Origin: Gammaproteobacteria bacterium
GTDB taxonomy: Bacteria > Pseudomonadota > Gammaproteobacteria > QZLD01
Direction of reading: 5' to 3'
Length of the DNA: 64,000 nt
Assembly: GCA_004796365.1 (NCBI GenBank)
Contig: QZLE01000189.1
Coordinates: 12,471 to 76,470 of the forward strand
The notes beneath the pieces were generated by a model. That model ran no database searches. It saw nothing but the letters and a program-made list of their open reading frames with translations, and was not told the DNA's origin. Both the position numbers and the translations under genes were made by a program. Of the stretch, positions 20,558-30,221 are shown in pieces. Each line of letters begins with the position of its first letter. Position 1 is the first letter of the stretch.

Positions 20558-21082
20558 ATGACCGAAGCTGTAGATCAAAAAACTAGCAAGAATGAGTCAG
20601 CTGAAGCTAACGAAGTTGTTGATTTGGATGCATGTCAGTACCTTTCATTTGAGTTGGACCAGGAGTACTACTGTGTAGATATCCTCAGGGTACAGGAAAT
20701 ACTTGGTTATAACGAGATGACCCGTGTACCAAATACCCCGGAATTTGTAAAAGGTGTTTTAAATCTTCGTGGAGCAATTGTTCCGGTAATAGATCTGCGC
20801 GCAAGATTTTCTCTTTCAGATTCTGATCTGGGAAAAACAACAGTAATAGTTGTGTTATCCATAAAAACAGCAACCAAGGATAAGATTGTTGGAATAATAG
20901 TAGATGCTGTATCCGATGTTTTAAATATAATCAAGACCGATATTAAATCCGTACCTGAAACCGGCACAAAAGTTGAAACAGAATTTCTTACCGGCCTGGT
21001 TTCAAGTGATAACAGAATGGTAATGATAATGAATGTTGATAATTTGCTTGATCCAGAGAATTTTATGGAGCTAGCTGTCTGA
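20558..21082 (+). CDS. cheW: CheW coupling protein (module 1, copy a)
   Basis: YLSFELDQEYYCVDILRVQEI...VPNTPEFVKGVLNLRGAIVPVIDLR. Closely resembles E. coli CheW as I recall it. Confidence 0.9.
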   Translation: MTEAVDQKTSKNESAEANEVVDLDACQYLSFELDQEYYCVDILRVQEILGYNEMTRVPNTPEFVKGVLNLRGAIVPVIDLRARFSLSDSDLGKTTVIVVLSIKTATKDKIVGIIVDAVSDVLNIIKTDIKSVPETGTKVETEFLTGLVSSDNRMVMIMNVDNLLDPENFMELAV

Positions 21083-21135
21083 TTTGTCAGATATGTGTAA
21101 ACAGTATTTGATAAATGAACTTAAAAGGATTGAAG

Positions 21136-21651
21136 ATGGAATTTGAAGATCTGAATAATATTGAAGATAGTGTGGTTGAGCAAGAGATCGAGCAATACCT
21201 AACTTTTGAAATAGATAAAGAGATCTATGGGATTCATATATTAAAGATACGTGAAATCAAGGGGTGGGAAGGGGTTCGAGAAGTGCCGAATACTCCTGAA
21301 TTTATGAAAGGTGTCATCAATCTTCGTGGAATCATGGTTCCTGTTGTGGATATGAGGCTTCGTTTTGGTATGAAGGAAGTGGAATATACGCCAACTACTG
21401 TAGTAATCGTTGTATCAGTCATGGTTGATGAAGAAGAGATTTTGATAGCCTTTGTAGTAGATGCAGTATCAGATGTAATTGATATTTCTGAAGAAAACTA
21501 CCGTGATATACCGACGTTTGGCTGCAAGATTGATGCGCGCTACATGACAGGTATGGCTGTTGTTGAAGATAAAACTATCATCTTGCTTAGCGTTGACAAC
21601 GTTATGCAGGATGATGAACTTGAGTTCATAAAAGAGACTGAGAATAGTTAA
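21136..21651 (+). CDS. cheW: CheW coupling protein (module 1, copy b)
   Basis: ORF 21115..21651; ATG 21136 is preceded by AAGGA. YLTFEIDKEIYGIHILKIREI...VPNTPEFMKGVINLRGIMVPVVDMR. Confidence 0.9.
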   Translation: MEFEDLNNIEDSVVEQEIEQYLTFEIDKEIYGIHILKIREIKGWEGVREVPNTPEFMKGVINLRGIMVPVVDMRLRFGMKEVEYTPTTVVIVVSVMVDEEEILIAFVVDAVSDVIDISEENYRDIPTFGCKIDARYMTGMAVVEDKTIILLSVDNVMQDDELEFIKETENS

Positions 21652-21723
21652 AACATGGAAATTTGTGTTTACTAGTCTCAAGTATTTAACAGTTAGTATG
21701 AAGTTGTAGCAAAGGAAATCGTT

Positions 21724-24315
21724 ATGTTCAAAAATATGAAACTTGGAATGAAACTCGGTTTAGGGTTTGGCGTTGTGCTAATTTTGACATGTATTGTGGC
21801 AGGGCTGGCTATAGTACAACAAAACAACTTGTCTGACAGAATACTAAAGACTGAGAGGGTAAATAACGTCATCGGTCATTCCAATGCCACACGTATTGCA
21901 GTGTTGAAATTCATGGATGAGGAAGACGCTAAATATAAAAAAGTTGTTGAAGATGGCGTAAAAAACCTTATACAAGAAGCAGAACAGGTTCGCGCTACTT
22001 TTAAAGACTCTCAGGATATCGATGATATCAATGATGTGATAGATGCTGCAAAAGAATATCGCCAAGCATTTTTTGAAGAGTTTGTTGAGTCATATGATGA
22101 GTTTAAAAAAATTGATAAAGAACTTGCAAAAATGGGCTCTAAAATGGGGAATGATGTTGAAGTAGTTCTCGCTGACCAAGAGCAGGACTACCAGATCATG
22201 CTAACTTCAGATGCTTCAGCTGAAAAAAGGGTGGATAAGGTACAGAAAATAATTGATGGCAATCAGGTTATTAAGCATTTTCTTACAGCTAGAAGAAATA
22301 ATGTGAATTTCCTAGGTACAGGCAATATAAAAAGCTATGAAGCAGCTATGAGTTACATCGATAAGGCAGTTGAGTTAACTAAAGACCTTAAGAGTAGATA
22401 TGATAATCCTAGGCATATATCGCTTGCAGAAAAATTGCTAAGTGATTTTTCTGCATATAAATCTGCTACCGATATAGCTAAAGAAGAGCTTTCTCATATG
22501 GATAAAGCTAGAGGCACATTGGCTAGTAAAGGTAAAGCTGTTGCAGATGCTGTTGATACTATATTGACCGGTCAAAAGGGTAAAACTGATGATCAGATTT
22601 CCAGCGCTAAAACAATGCTTATTACCGGCTCAATAGTTATTGTAATTCTTGGGATTGTGCTTGCGATTATTATTACTCGCGGTATCGTCAATCCGATCAT
22701 ACTATTTGCTAACAAAATGGCTGAAGTTCGCCGTGATAACGATTTCTCAGCCAGAGTTAACGTTCACTCTAGCGATGAGATTGGGGAAGCTGGAAGGGCC
22801 TTTAATGAATTGATCGAAGCTGTACAAGGAGCTATTGCAGATAGCATTGAAGCTGTTTCTAATGTCGCATCTGGAAACTTTGATAAGAAAGTAAATGTGC
22901 ATGTGAGTGGAGACTTGGATCAGTTGAAACAAGGTATCAATACAACAGTTGATAATATGAAGGTTACTATGGGTGCACTGTACGAGCTCATGGAAGCTAT
23001 GGCAAATGGTGACTTTGGTAAGCGTATAAATGTTGATCTTCAGGGTGAATACAAACGGAGTGCAGATGCAGCCTTAGATTCTATGAAATCGCTTGATGAT
23101 GCGATGACATCTATTAACAATGTAATGGCAACTGTCGCACAGGCAGATTTCAGTAAACGTGTTGAGGTTAATCTTAAAGGTGATCTTGCTACGCTTAAAG
23201 CGAATATCAACCGCTCCATGGATGTGGTAATGAAGGGGATTCAGGATACAACAGATATTACACTTTCGCTGGCAGATGGTGACCTGACTAAACGTGTTGA
23301 AGCAGAACACCCTGGTCAGTTTGGTGTGCTTAAAAATGCTTTGAACAAGACCATGGAAAATATATCTGAGGTTGTAGAGAATATCGCTCAGGCTTCTGAT
23401 GTTGTTGCTTCCGCCTCTAACGAGATCGCCGACGGTAATGCTGACATGTCTAAACGCACTGAAGAGCAGGCTTCATCTCTTGAAGAAACCGCATCCAGTA
23501 TGGAAGAGCTTACCAGTACCGTGAAGCAAAACGCAGATAATGCCGAGCAGGCTAATCAACTAGCAATAGGTGCCAGACAAACTGCTGATCACGGCGGTTC
23601 CATTGTTAAGCAAGCTGTAACAGCAATGGATGAGATCAATAATAGTAGTAATAAGATTGCCGACATTATCGGTGTTATTGATGAAATAGCATTCCAGACC
23701 AATCTGCTTGCGCTTAATGCTTCTGTAGAGGCTGCAAGAGCTGGTGAGCAGGGGCGCGGCTTTGCTGTTGTGGCAACTGAGGTAAGAAATTTGGCGCAAC
23801 GCTCAGCTACTGCTGCAAAAGAAATTAAAGATCTTATCCAGGATAGTGTTGGTAAGGTAAAAGTTGGCTCTGAACTAGTTGAAAAATCTGGTGAAACCTT
23901 GGGTGAAATTGTCGAAGGCGTTAAGAAAGTAGGTGATATGATCGCTGAAATTGCTGCTGCCTCACAAGAGCAGACCGGTGGAATTGCCCAAGTAAATCAG
24001 GCTCTTGCAAACATGGATGATATTACTCAACGAAATGCCGCACTTGCAGAAGAGGCATCTGCAAATAGTGAAAACCTAAGTTCTCAAGCTCAAACAATGA
24101 AGCAGCAAGTATCGTTTTTTGATATTGGCAATAGGTTAGCAAAGATTGCAGTTACGCCAGCCTCAAACCTCACACAAAATATCGCTCAGTCTCAGGTTAA
24201 TCCAACGTCTGCCCCGCATCCGGTTACAACTGCACCAAAGCCGCAAATTCATGCCAAACCAGTTGTAGATGTCCCGACTGCAAAACCAACTGATGATGAC
24301 TGGGAAGAGTTTTAG
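21724..24315 (+). CDS. MCP: two TM helices, about 265-aa helical periplasmic domain, about five consecutive HAMP-like units, Tsr-length signalling domain, C-terminal DWEEF
   Basis: TM1 [19 protein letters not shown]; TM2 [23 protein letters not shown]. Repeated HAMP-like units (G[ND]F.K+[IV].V...G[DE]...L). [39 protein letters not shown]. Ends ...[12 protein letters not shown]. Confidence 0.95.
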   Translation: MFKNMKLGMKLGLGFGVVLILTCIVAGLAIVQQNNLSDRILKTERVNNVIGHSNATRIAVLKFMDEEDAKYKKVVEDGVKNLIQEAEQVRATFKDSQDIDDINDVIDAAKEYRQAFFEEFVESYDEFKKIDKELAKMGSKMGNDVEVVLADQEQDYQIMLTSDASAEKRVDKVQKIIDGNQVIKHFLTARRNNVNFLGTGNIKSYEAAMSYIDKAVELTKDLKSRYDNPRHISLAEKLLSDFSAYKSATDIAKEELSHMDKARGTLASKGKAVADAVDTILTGQKGKTDDQISSAKTMLITGSIVIVILGIVLAIIITRGIVNPIILFANKMAEVRRDNDFSARVNVHSSDEIGEAGRAFNELIEAVQGAIADSIEAVSNVASGNFDKKVNVHVSGDLDQLKQGINTTVDNMKVTMGALYELMEAMANGDFGKRINVDLQGEYKRSADAALDSMKSLDDAMTSINNVMATVAQADFSKRVEVNLKGDLATLKANINRSMDVVMKGIQDTTDITLSLADGDLTKRVEAEHPGQFGVLKNALNKTMENISEVVENIAQASDVVASASNEIADGNADMSKRTEEQASSLEETASSMEELTSTVKQNADNAEQANQLAIGARQTADHGGSIVKQAVTAMDEINNSSNKIADIIGVIDEIAFQTNLLALNASVEAARAGEQGRGFAVVATEVRNLAQRSATAAKEIKDLIQDSVGKVKVGSELVEKSGETLGEIVEGVKKVGDMIAEIAAASQEQTGGIAQVNQALANMDDITQRNAALAEEASANSENLSSQAQTMKQQVSFFDIGNRLAKIAVTPASNLTQNIAQSQVNPTSAPHPVTTAPKPQIHAKPVVDVPTAKPTDDDWEEF

Positions 24316-24404
24316 TAAGCAAATTGTCATATCGATGCGGGTCGGTATCCAATTACTAGTATCATGCTGCAATGGGTAATAGCAAAAATGACAAAGGAAT
24401 ATCT

Positions 24405-24686
24405 ATGAGTGACCAATTTACTATTGAATTACCAGAGCAATTTACTATCGCAACTGCAATGCCAGTTAGTGAAAAAATGTTTGAATCACTTAAATCAGGC
24501 GCCAAGAATGTGGAGATAGATGGTTCAAAGGTTGAAAGGGCCGATGCCTCTGCTATTCAATTGTTATGTTCTTACGCGATAACCGCCGCAAAAGAGCACT
24601 TGCAATTTTCATACAAAGAGCCATCTGAGGCATTACAAAATTCATTTTTGATGCTGGGACTAACAGGTTGTTTGAAATCAGTCTAG
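24405..24686 (+). CDS. STAS-domain protein (anti-sigma-antagonist fold) embedded among MCP genes
   Basis: ORF 24372..24686; ATG 24405 is preceded by AAGGA. About 93 aa. The segment EIDGSKVERADASAIQLL aligns by eye with the SpoIIAA L.L..L.FMDSSGLGVL segment. Confidence 0.7.
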   Translation: MSDQFTIELPEQFTIATAMPVSEKMFESLKSGAKNVEIDGSKVERADASAIQLLCSYAITAAKEHLQFSYKEPSEALQNSFLMLGLTGCLKSV

Positions 24687-24700
24687 AAAATAAGTTAGAT

Positions 24701-24729
24701 AAAGGTCTTCGTACATAGGCCTTTTTTTT
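24701..24729 (+). terminator. rho-independent terminator after the STAS gene
   Basis: AAAGGTC (24701-24707), 10-nt loop, GGCCTTT (24718-24724) with one G-U pair, followed by a T-run to 24729. Confidence 0.55.
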
Positions 24730-24804
24730 CGAACAACAACCTATTATAGCGCTATATATTCTAGCTCTATATGATTTAAGAAGCACTTAACAAGGAGGCT
24801 TAGT

Positions 24805-27267
24805 GTGAGCTGGAAAGATATCAAAGTTGGCAAAAAAATATCAATTGGCATAGGTAGTGTTATCGCACTTTTGGTTATTCTTAGTTTTTTTGCTGTAACC
24901 GGCATTGGGGAGATCGTCGATGATGGTAAAGAGGTTGCCTATGGTAATAACCTAACGAGAATGATAACCGAAAAGGAGATCGATCACCTTAACTGGGCTG
25001 CAGCCCTGAATAAGTATCTTACTGATTCTTCACAGACAGAATTGAATGTAGAAATGGATCATAAGAAGTGTGCCTTCGGAAAGTGGCTTTATAGCGAAGA
25101 TCGCAGATTAGCGGAAAAAAAGGTACCTGAATTAAAGGCTCTGTTTAGTGCAATTGAAGAACCGCATAAACGCTTACATGACACAGCCCAAGAGATTGAT
25201 GATGTATTTGTCAGGGCGGACCATTCACTACCTGAGTTGTTTGCTAAGATGGAGACTGCTCACCTTATTTGGGCAGAATCTGTAATCAGAGAGATAAACC
25301 AGGGAAAGAAAAAGCTATCTGCGGAGATTGATGATCACAAGTGCGGTTTCGGCAAGATTATTTTTGGCGAGAGAGGTAGAAAGATTGCACAGGCAAACGA
25401 AGAGATTGGGCGACTTTTTGAGCGGGTTAAGCCTCCTCATAAAAAACTGCATGACAGCGCTGTTACTATAAATAAATATCTTGCGCAGGGCAATAAGGAT
25501 GCTGCGTTAAAGGTTTATATGGATGAATCTGTTCCAATGTTAAATGAAGTACGCCGTTACCTTCATGATATGGTGGAGATTGCTAATAGGGATATTGGTA
25601 ATGAAAAAGTTGCCACTGATATATACCATAATCAAACAATTCCTACTTTAGAGCTGATAAGAGAACAGCTTAACGAGGTTAAGAGAGTTGCTGGTGAAAA
25701 CATTATGTCTCAAGAAGTCATGATTGAAGAGGGGAATAACACCCAGACCATGGTACTTACTCTCAGTATTATTGCGCTTATTATCGGAGCGTGTTTTGCT
25801 TACTTTATTACCAAGGCTATTACTGGCCCTATTACCAGCATTATGGATAGTATTGTACGTGTAGAGAGTACTGCAAACTTTGCTGAAAGGTGCGATGTAG
25901 ATTCAAACGATGAATTAGGCCAGGTGGGTAAAGCCTTTAATAATCTTCTCTTGTCATTACAAAATGTAATTAAATCCGCTAACGGTTCAATGAGTAAAGT
26001 TGCCGCAGGTGATTTTACTCAAAAAATTAATGTTGATGCGGTTGGTGACCTGGAGTCGCTTAAAAATGGAATCAATCAGACCGTTGATAATATTCAGAGA
26101 ACATTCGTTACTCTTAATCAGGTTATGCAAGCACTTTCAGATGCGGATTATTCACGCGATATTACAATTACCAATATGAAAGGTGAATACAAGAATGTGG
26201 TCGATTCCGGTGTTAATTCTATGAAAAACTCGGGTAAGGCTATTACCGCCATTAATGATGTTATGGGGGTTGTTGCAGGTGGCGAATTTGATAAAAAGGT
26301 AGATATTGATTTGCCGGGTGATCTGGGACTTTTAAAGAATAATATTAATAAGTCACTTGAAGTTGTGAAGAATGGTATTGATGATACTACCAGAATCACA
26401 CTGTCACTTTCCAAAGGAAATTTAAAGCAAAGAGTTGAAGCCAATCATCCTGGCCAATTTGGTGTATTAAAGAGCGCATTAAATGAAACTATGAATAATT
26501 TGAGAAGTGTTGTTGTTAATATTGCCCAAGCTTCAGATGTGGTTCAGTCAGCATCAAATGAGATTGCGCAAGGCAATGCTGATATGTCGAAACGAACTGA
26601 AGAACAGGCATCTTCACTTGAAGAAACAGCGTCAAGCCTTGAAGAACTTACGAGTACTGTGCAACAGAATGCTGAAAATGCCAAACAAGCCAATCAACTT
26701 TCTAAGAGTGCTGCAGTTACCGCGGATGAGGGAGGTAGCATTGTTACAAATGCCATTAAAGCCATGGAGGAGATTAGCACCAGTAGTAATCGTATCGTTG
26801 ATATTATCGGCGTTATTGATGAAATTGCTTTCCAAACTAACTTGTTGGCTTTGAATGCATCGGTTGAGGCCGCGAGAGCTGGAGAGCAGGGCAGAGGTTT
26901 TGCTGTAGTTGCTACTGAAGTAAGAAATCTGGCCCAAAGAAGTGCTACTGCAGCCAAGGAAATTAAAGAACTTATTCAAGATAGCGTAGGTAAGGTCAAA
27001 ATAGGATCAGATTTAGTGGAGAAATCTGGTGAGACGCTTGAAGAGATTGTATCGGGCGTTAAGAAAGTTGGTGATATGATTGCAGAGATCGCAGCTGCTA
27101 GTCAGGAGCAAACCACCGGAATAGCTCAGATTAATCAGGCTGTGTCTAATATGGATGATATCACTCAGCGCAATGCTGCTCTTGCAGAAGAGGCATCGGC
27201 GAATAGTGAAAATCTGAGTGCTCAAGCCAATAAGATGAATACTGAAGTTAAGTTCTTTGATATCTGA
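24805..27267 (+). CDS. MCP with two tandem CZB (chemoreceptor zinc-binding) motifs in the predicted periplasmic region, poly-HAMP, Tsr-length signalling domain, no C-terminal tail
   Basis: GTG 24805 lies 6 nt after AGGAGG. TM1 is residues about 12-34 and TM2 about 313-335. Two full matches to Hxx[WFYL]x21-28Cx[LFMVI]Gx[WFLVI]x18-27HxxxH (details in findings). The cytoplasmic part is paralogous to the MCPs at 21724 and 27528. Ends ...EVKFFDI. Confidence 0.9.
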   Translation: MSWKDIKVGKKISIGIGSVIALLVILSFFAVTGIGEIVDDGKEVAYGNNLTRMITEKEIDHLNWAAALNKYLTDSSQTELNVEMDHKKCAFGKWLYSEDRRLAEKKVPELKALFSAIEEPHKRLHDTAQEIDDVFVRADHSLPELFAKMETAHLIWAESVIREINQGKKKLSAEIDDHKCGFGKIIFGERGRKIAQANEEIGRLFERVKPPHKKLHDSAVTINKYLAQGNKDAALKVYMDESVPMLNEVRRYLHDMVEIANRDIGNEKVATDIYHNQTIPTLELIREQLNEVKRVAGENIMSQEVMIEEGNNTQTMVLTLSIIALIIGACFAYFITKAITGPITSIMDSIVRVESTANFAERCDVDSNDELGQVGKAFNNLLLSLQNVIKSANGSMSKVAAGDFTQKINVDAVGDLESLKNGINQTVDNIQRTFVTLNQVMQALSDADYSRDITITNMKGEYKNVVDSGVNSMKNSGKAITAINDVMGVVAGGEFDKKVDIDLPGDLGLLKNNINKSLEVVKNGIDDTTRITLSLSKGNLKQRVEANHPGQFGVLKSALNETMNNLRSVVVNIAQASDVVQSASNEIAQGNADMSKRTEEQASSLEETASSLEELTSTVQQNAENAKQANQLSKSAAVTADEGGSIVTNAIKAMEEISTSSNRIVDIIGVIDEIAFQTNLLALNASVEAARAGEQGRGFAVVATEVRNLAQRSATAAKEIKELIQDSVGKVKIGSDLVEKSGETLEEIVSGVKKVGDMIAEIAAASQEQTTGIAQINQAVSNMDDITQRNAALAEEASANSENLSAQANKMNTEVKFFDI

Positions 27268-27297
27268 CAAAAAACTCTAAAATCTAACAATGAAATT

Positions 27298-27325
27298 AAA
27301 GGCCTTATGCAATATAAGGCCTTTT
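27298..27325 (+). terminator. rho-independent terminator after the CZB-MCP
   Basis: aaaGGCCTTAT gcaat ATAAGGCCtttt: stem 27301-27308 / 27314-27321 followed by a T-run. Confidence 0.7.
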
Positions 27326-27527
27326 CTACTTTCTTATTATGTTATCCGCTCTATTAAGCAAAATCGTTAGATTGTTGTTCTACACTCTAAATGAACAGTA
27401 TTCACTTATAACTCAAAAATCACTTTATGTGTTGAACCCCCGCTGGAACTTTGGTTATCCGATAGAATTGCTATGTCTGAAGGATTTGCCACTATTAGCT
27501 GACTATTTTTACTAAATGGAGGGTGGT

Positions 27528-30164
27528 ATGTTTAGAAATCTCAAATTAGGGATGAAATTGGGACTGGGCTTTGGCGTGGTTTTGGTATTAACATGCATAG
27601 TTGCCTTATTGGCAATGAATCAACAGGAAAATCTGTCCGATAGGATAATGAAAACAGAGGGTGTAAATACTGTAATCTCTTTCTCAAATTCTACACGTAT
27701 TGCAGCTCTGAAGTTTATGGATGAACATGATGATAAGTACGTATCACAGGTTGGTGATTCTGTGAAAACTCTTCTTCAAGAGGCTGAAACTGTTCGTGCA
27801 ACTTTTAATGATCCCAATGATATACGTGATATTGATCAGGTCATGAATGCAGCAAAAGCATATGATAAGGCATTTATGGGTGAATTTGTTGCTTCATTTT
27901 CTAATGAACAGAAGGTTGTTGGTAAATTAAGTGTAATTGGCAAAGAAATCGGCGCGCAAGTAACTCAAATTCTTAAGGAGCAGCAGAAAGATTATAATGA
28001 AATGGTTCAGTCAGGTGTGCCACCAGAAATGTTAGTGGGGCAGATAGAGGATATTTTCGCTGGTTATGAGGCTATTCAAGCATATGTCTACGGTAGATTA
28101 TTTATGCTGTACTACATCCACACTACTAACTCCATTCATTACGACACATCTCTAAGCTATCTAAAAAAATGTATCAATATCACTAAGGAACTAAAAAATA
28201 GTCTGGAAAATCCGGAACATGTCCGTTTGGCAGAGAAGATGTTGGTTAATTTTGACTTGTATCTGCAAGAAGCCTCAGCATTAAAAATAGTCTTTGGAAA
28301 TATGGATAATGCAAGAAATTCACTGGCAACCTACGGAACGGATATTGCTAACTCTGCTACTAATATCTTGCAAGGGCAAAAGAATAAAACTTCAGACCTG
28401 ATCTCATCGGCGGAATCTATGCTGTTATGGGGGGCGATTATTATTGTCTTAATCGGTATCACTTTAGCCTTTATCATTACCCGCGGCATAACAAGCCCAA
28501 TTGCTGCTTTTGCTCAGAAAATGGCTGTAGTAAGGCGCGATAATGATTTTTCTGCACGAGTTGATGTGGATACACAAGATGAAATTGGAGCCGCAGGCAA
28601 GGCCTTTAATGAACTTATTGAGGCAGTTCAAGATGCAATAACTGATAGTATTGAGGTGGTTTCTAGTGTTGCAGCAGGTAATTTTAATACGAAAATGGAA
28701 GTTGATGTCAGAGGTGATCTTGATCAACTAAAGCAAGGTATAAATACCACTGTTGATAATATGAAAGCTACCATGGGGGCTTTATACGAGCTTATGGAAT
28801 CTTTGGCTAATGGCGATTTTGGCAAGCGCATCAATATTGATTTGCAAGGTGAATATAAACGTAGTGCTGATACTGCATTAGATTCTATGAAATCTCTTGA
28901 TAATGCAATGTGCTCCATTAATGATGTAATGGGCGCTGTTGCTCAGGCTGATTTTAATAACCGTATAGATATTAACTTAAAGGGCGACCTTGGAACATTA
29001 AAAGATAATATAAATCGTTCCCTGGATGTGGTTATGATGGGGATTCAGGATACTGCAGAAGTTACTCAGGCATTAGCACAAGGTGATTTAACAAGGCGTA
29101 TCGAAGCTGATCATCCAGGGCAATTTGGCGTATTAAAAGATTCCTTAAACCAAACCATGAGTAATATCTCCGAGGTAATAGAGAATATTTCGCAAGCTTC
29201 GGCAACTGTTGCAGCTGCATCAAACGAAATTGCAGATGGCAATGCTGATATGTCGAAACGTACCGAAGAGCAAGCATCTTCATTGGAAGAAACGGCATCT
29301 AGCATGGAAGAATTAACTAGCACTGTTAAACAAAATGCTGAAAATGCCGAGCAGGCAAATCAGATTGCCATAGGTGCTAGGCAAAGTGCAGATCATGGTG
29401 GCACTATTGTTGATAAGGCAATATCAGCTATGGAGGAGATTAACAACAGCAGCAACAAAATCGCTGATATAATCGGTGTTATTGATGAAATAGCTTTTCA
29501 AACCAATTTGTTAGCGCTTAATGCATCGGTTGAGGCGGCCAGAGCAGGAGAGCAGGGGCGTGGCTTTGCTGTGGTGGCAACTGAAGTAAGAAATTTGGCG
29601 CAACGTAGTGCTGTTGCTGCTAAAGAAATTAAGGGGCTTATTCAGGACAGCGTGGGTAAAGTTGAAGTTGGATCTGAGCTGGTAGAGAGGTCAGGTGAAA
29701 CTCTTAAAGAGATAGTTGATGGCGTTAAAAAAGTTGGAGATATGATTGCAGAGATCGCAGCTGCGAGTCAGGAGCAAACTGCTGGGATAGGCCAAGTAAA
29801 CCAGGCTCTGGCAAATATGGATGATATTACTCAGCGTAATGCGGCGCTTGCTGAAGAAGCTTCTGCAAATAGCGAAAATCTAAGTGCTCAGGCGCAAACA
29901 ATGAAACAACAGGTCTCATTTTTCACACTAAGCAATACAGGCGCTGACCAAAATGAATATGATTTTACCGATACGGTACAAAATCAACACCCAATCCAGA
30001 TTGAACGCGGTGATGATATTATTAAGCGAGTACATCCTATGGATTCTGCTCCAATACCTCCAGCTGTAGATTCTAAGGTGCAACTGTTATCAACTGCGCC
30101 TGTAAAGCCAAATGTTGAAATAGCTACTGCTAAGCCAATTGATGATGAATGGGAGGAGTTTTGA
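27528..30164 (+). CDS. MCP, full-length paralogue of 21724..24315 (helical periplasmic domain, poly-HAMP, Tsr-length signalling domain, C-terminal EWEEF)
   Basis: ORF 27516..30164; ATG 27528 follows GGAGGG. The N-terminus [25 protein letters not shown] is nearly identical to the paralogue. Ends ...[12 protein letters not shown]. Confidence 0.95.
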   Translation: MFRNLKLGMKLGLGFGVVLVLTCIVALLAMNQQENLSDRIMKTEGVNTVISFSNSTRIAALKFMDEHDDKYVSQVGDSVKTLLQEAETVRATFNDPNDIRDIDQVMNAAKAYDKAFMGEFVASFSNEQKVVGKLSVIGKEIGAQVTQILKEQQKDYNEMVQSGVPPEMLVGQIEDIFAGYEAIQAYVYGRLFMLYYIHTTNSIHYDTSLSYLKKCINITKELKNSLENPEHVRLAEKMLVNFDLYLQEASALKIVFGNMDNARNSLATYGTDIANSATNILQGQKNKTSDLISSAESMLLWGAIIIVLIGITLAFIITRGITSPIAAFAQKMAVVRRDNDFSARVDVDTQDEIGAAGKAFNELIEAVQDAITDSIEVVSSVAAGNFNTKMEVDVRGDLDQLKQGINTTVDNMKATMGALYELMESLANGDFGKRINIDLQGEYKRSADTALDSMKSLDNAMCSINDVMGAVAQADFNNRIDINLKGDLGTLKDNINRSLDVVMMGIQDTAEVTQALAQGDLTRRIEADHPGQFGVLKDSLNQTMSNISEVIENISQASATVAAASNEIADGNADMSKRTEEQASSLEETASSMEELTSTVKQNAENAEQANQIAIGARQSADHGGTIVDKAISAMEEINNSSNKIADIIGVIDEIAFQTNLLALNASVEAARAGEQGRGFAVVATEVRNLAQRSAVAAKEIKGLIQDSVGKVEVGSELVERSGETLKEIVDGVKKVGDMIAEIAAASQEQTAGIGQVNQALANMDDITQRNAALAEEASANSENLSAQAQTMKQQVSFFTLSNTGADQNEYDFTDTVQNQHPIQIERGDDIIKRVHPMDSAPIPPAVDSKVQLLSTAPVKPNVEIATAKPIDDEWEEF

Positions 30165-30221
30165 TCCAGGAATAACGTAATTCCAGCGAAAGCAGGAATT
30201 TAAAACATTGTCGTGTAGTTA

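Noticed and set aside
27444-27457. TGGAAC-tttgg-TTAT upstream of the MCP at 27528, resembling a sigma-54 -24/-12 promoter
   Set aside because: The -12 GC dinucleotide is absent (TTAT instead of TTGC), so it is not a credible RpoN site.
21724-30164. Possibility that the three similar MCP genes are recent tandem duplicates, an assembly artefact, or a recombination-prone repeat
   Set aside because: The nucleotide sequences differ at most synonymous sites while the proteins are conserved. I saw no long identical DNA stretches.
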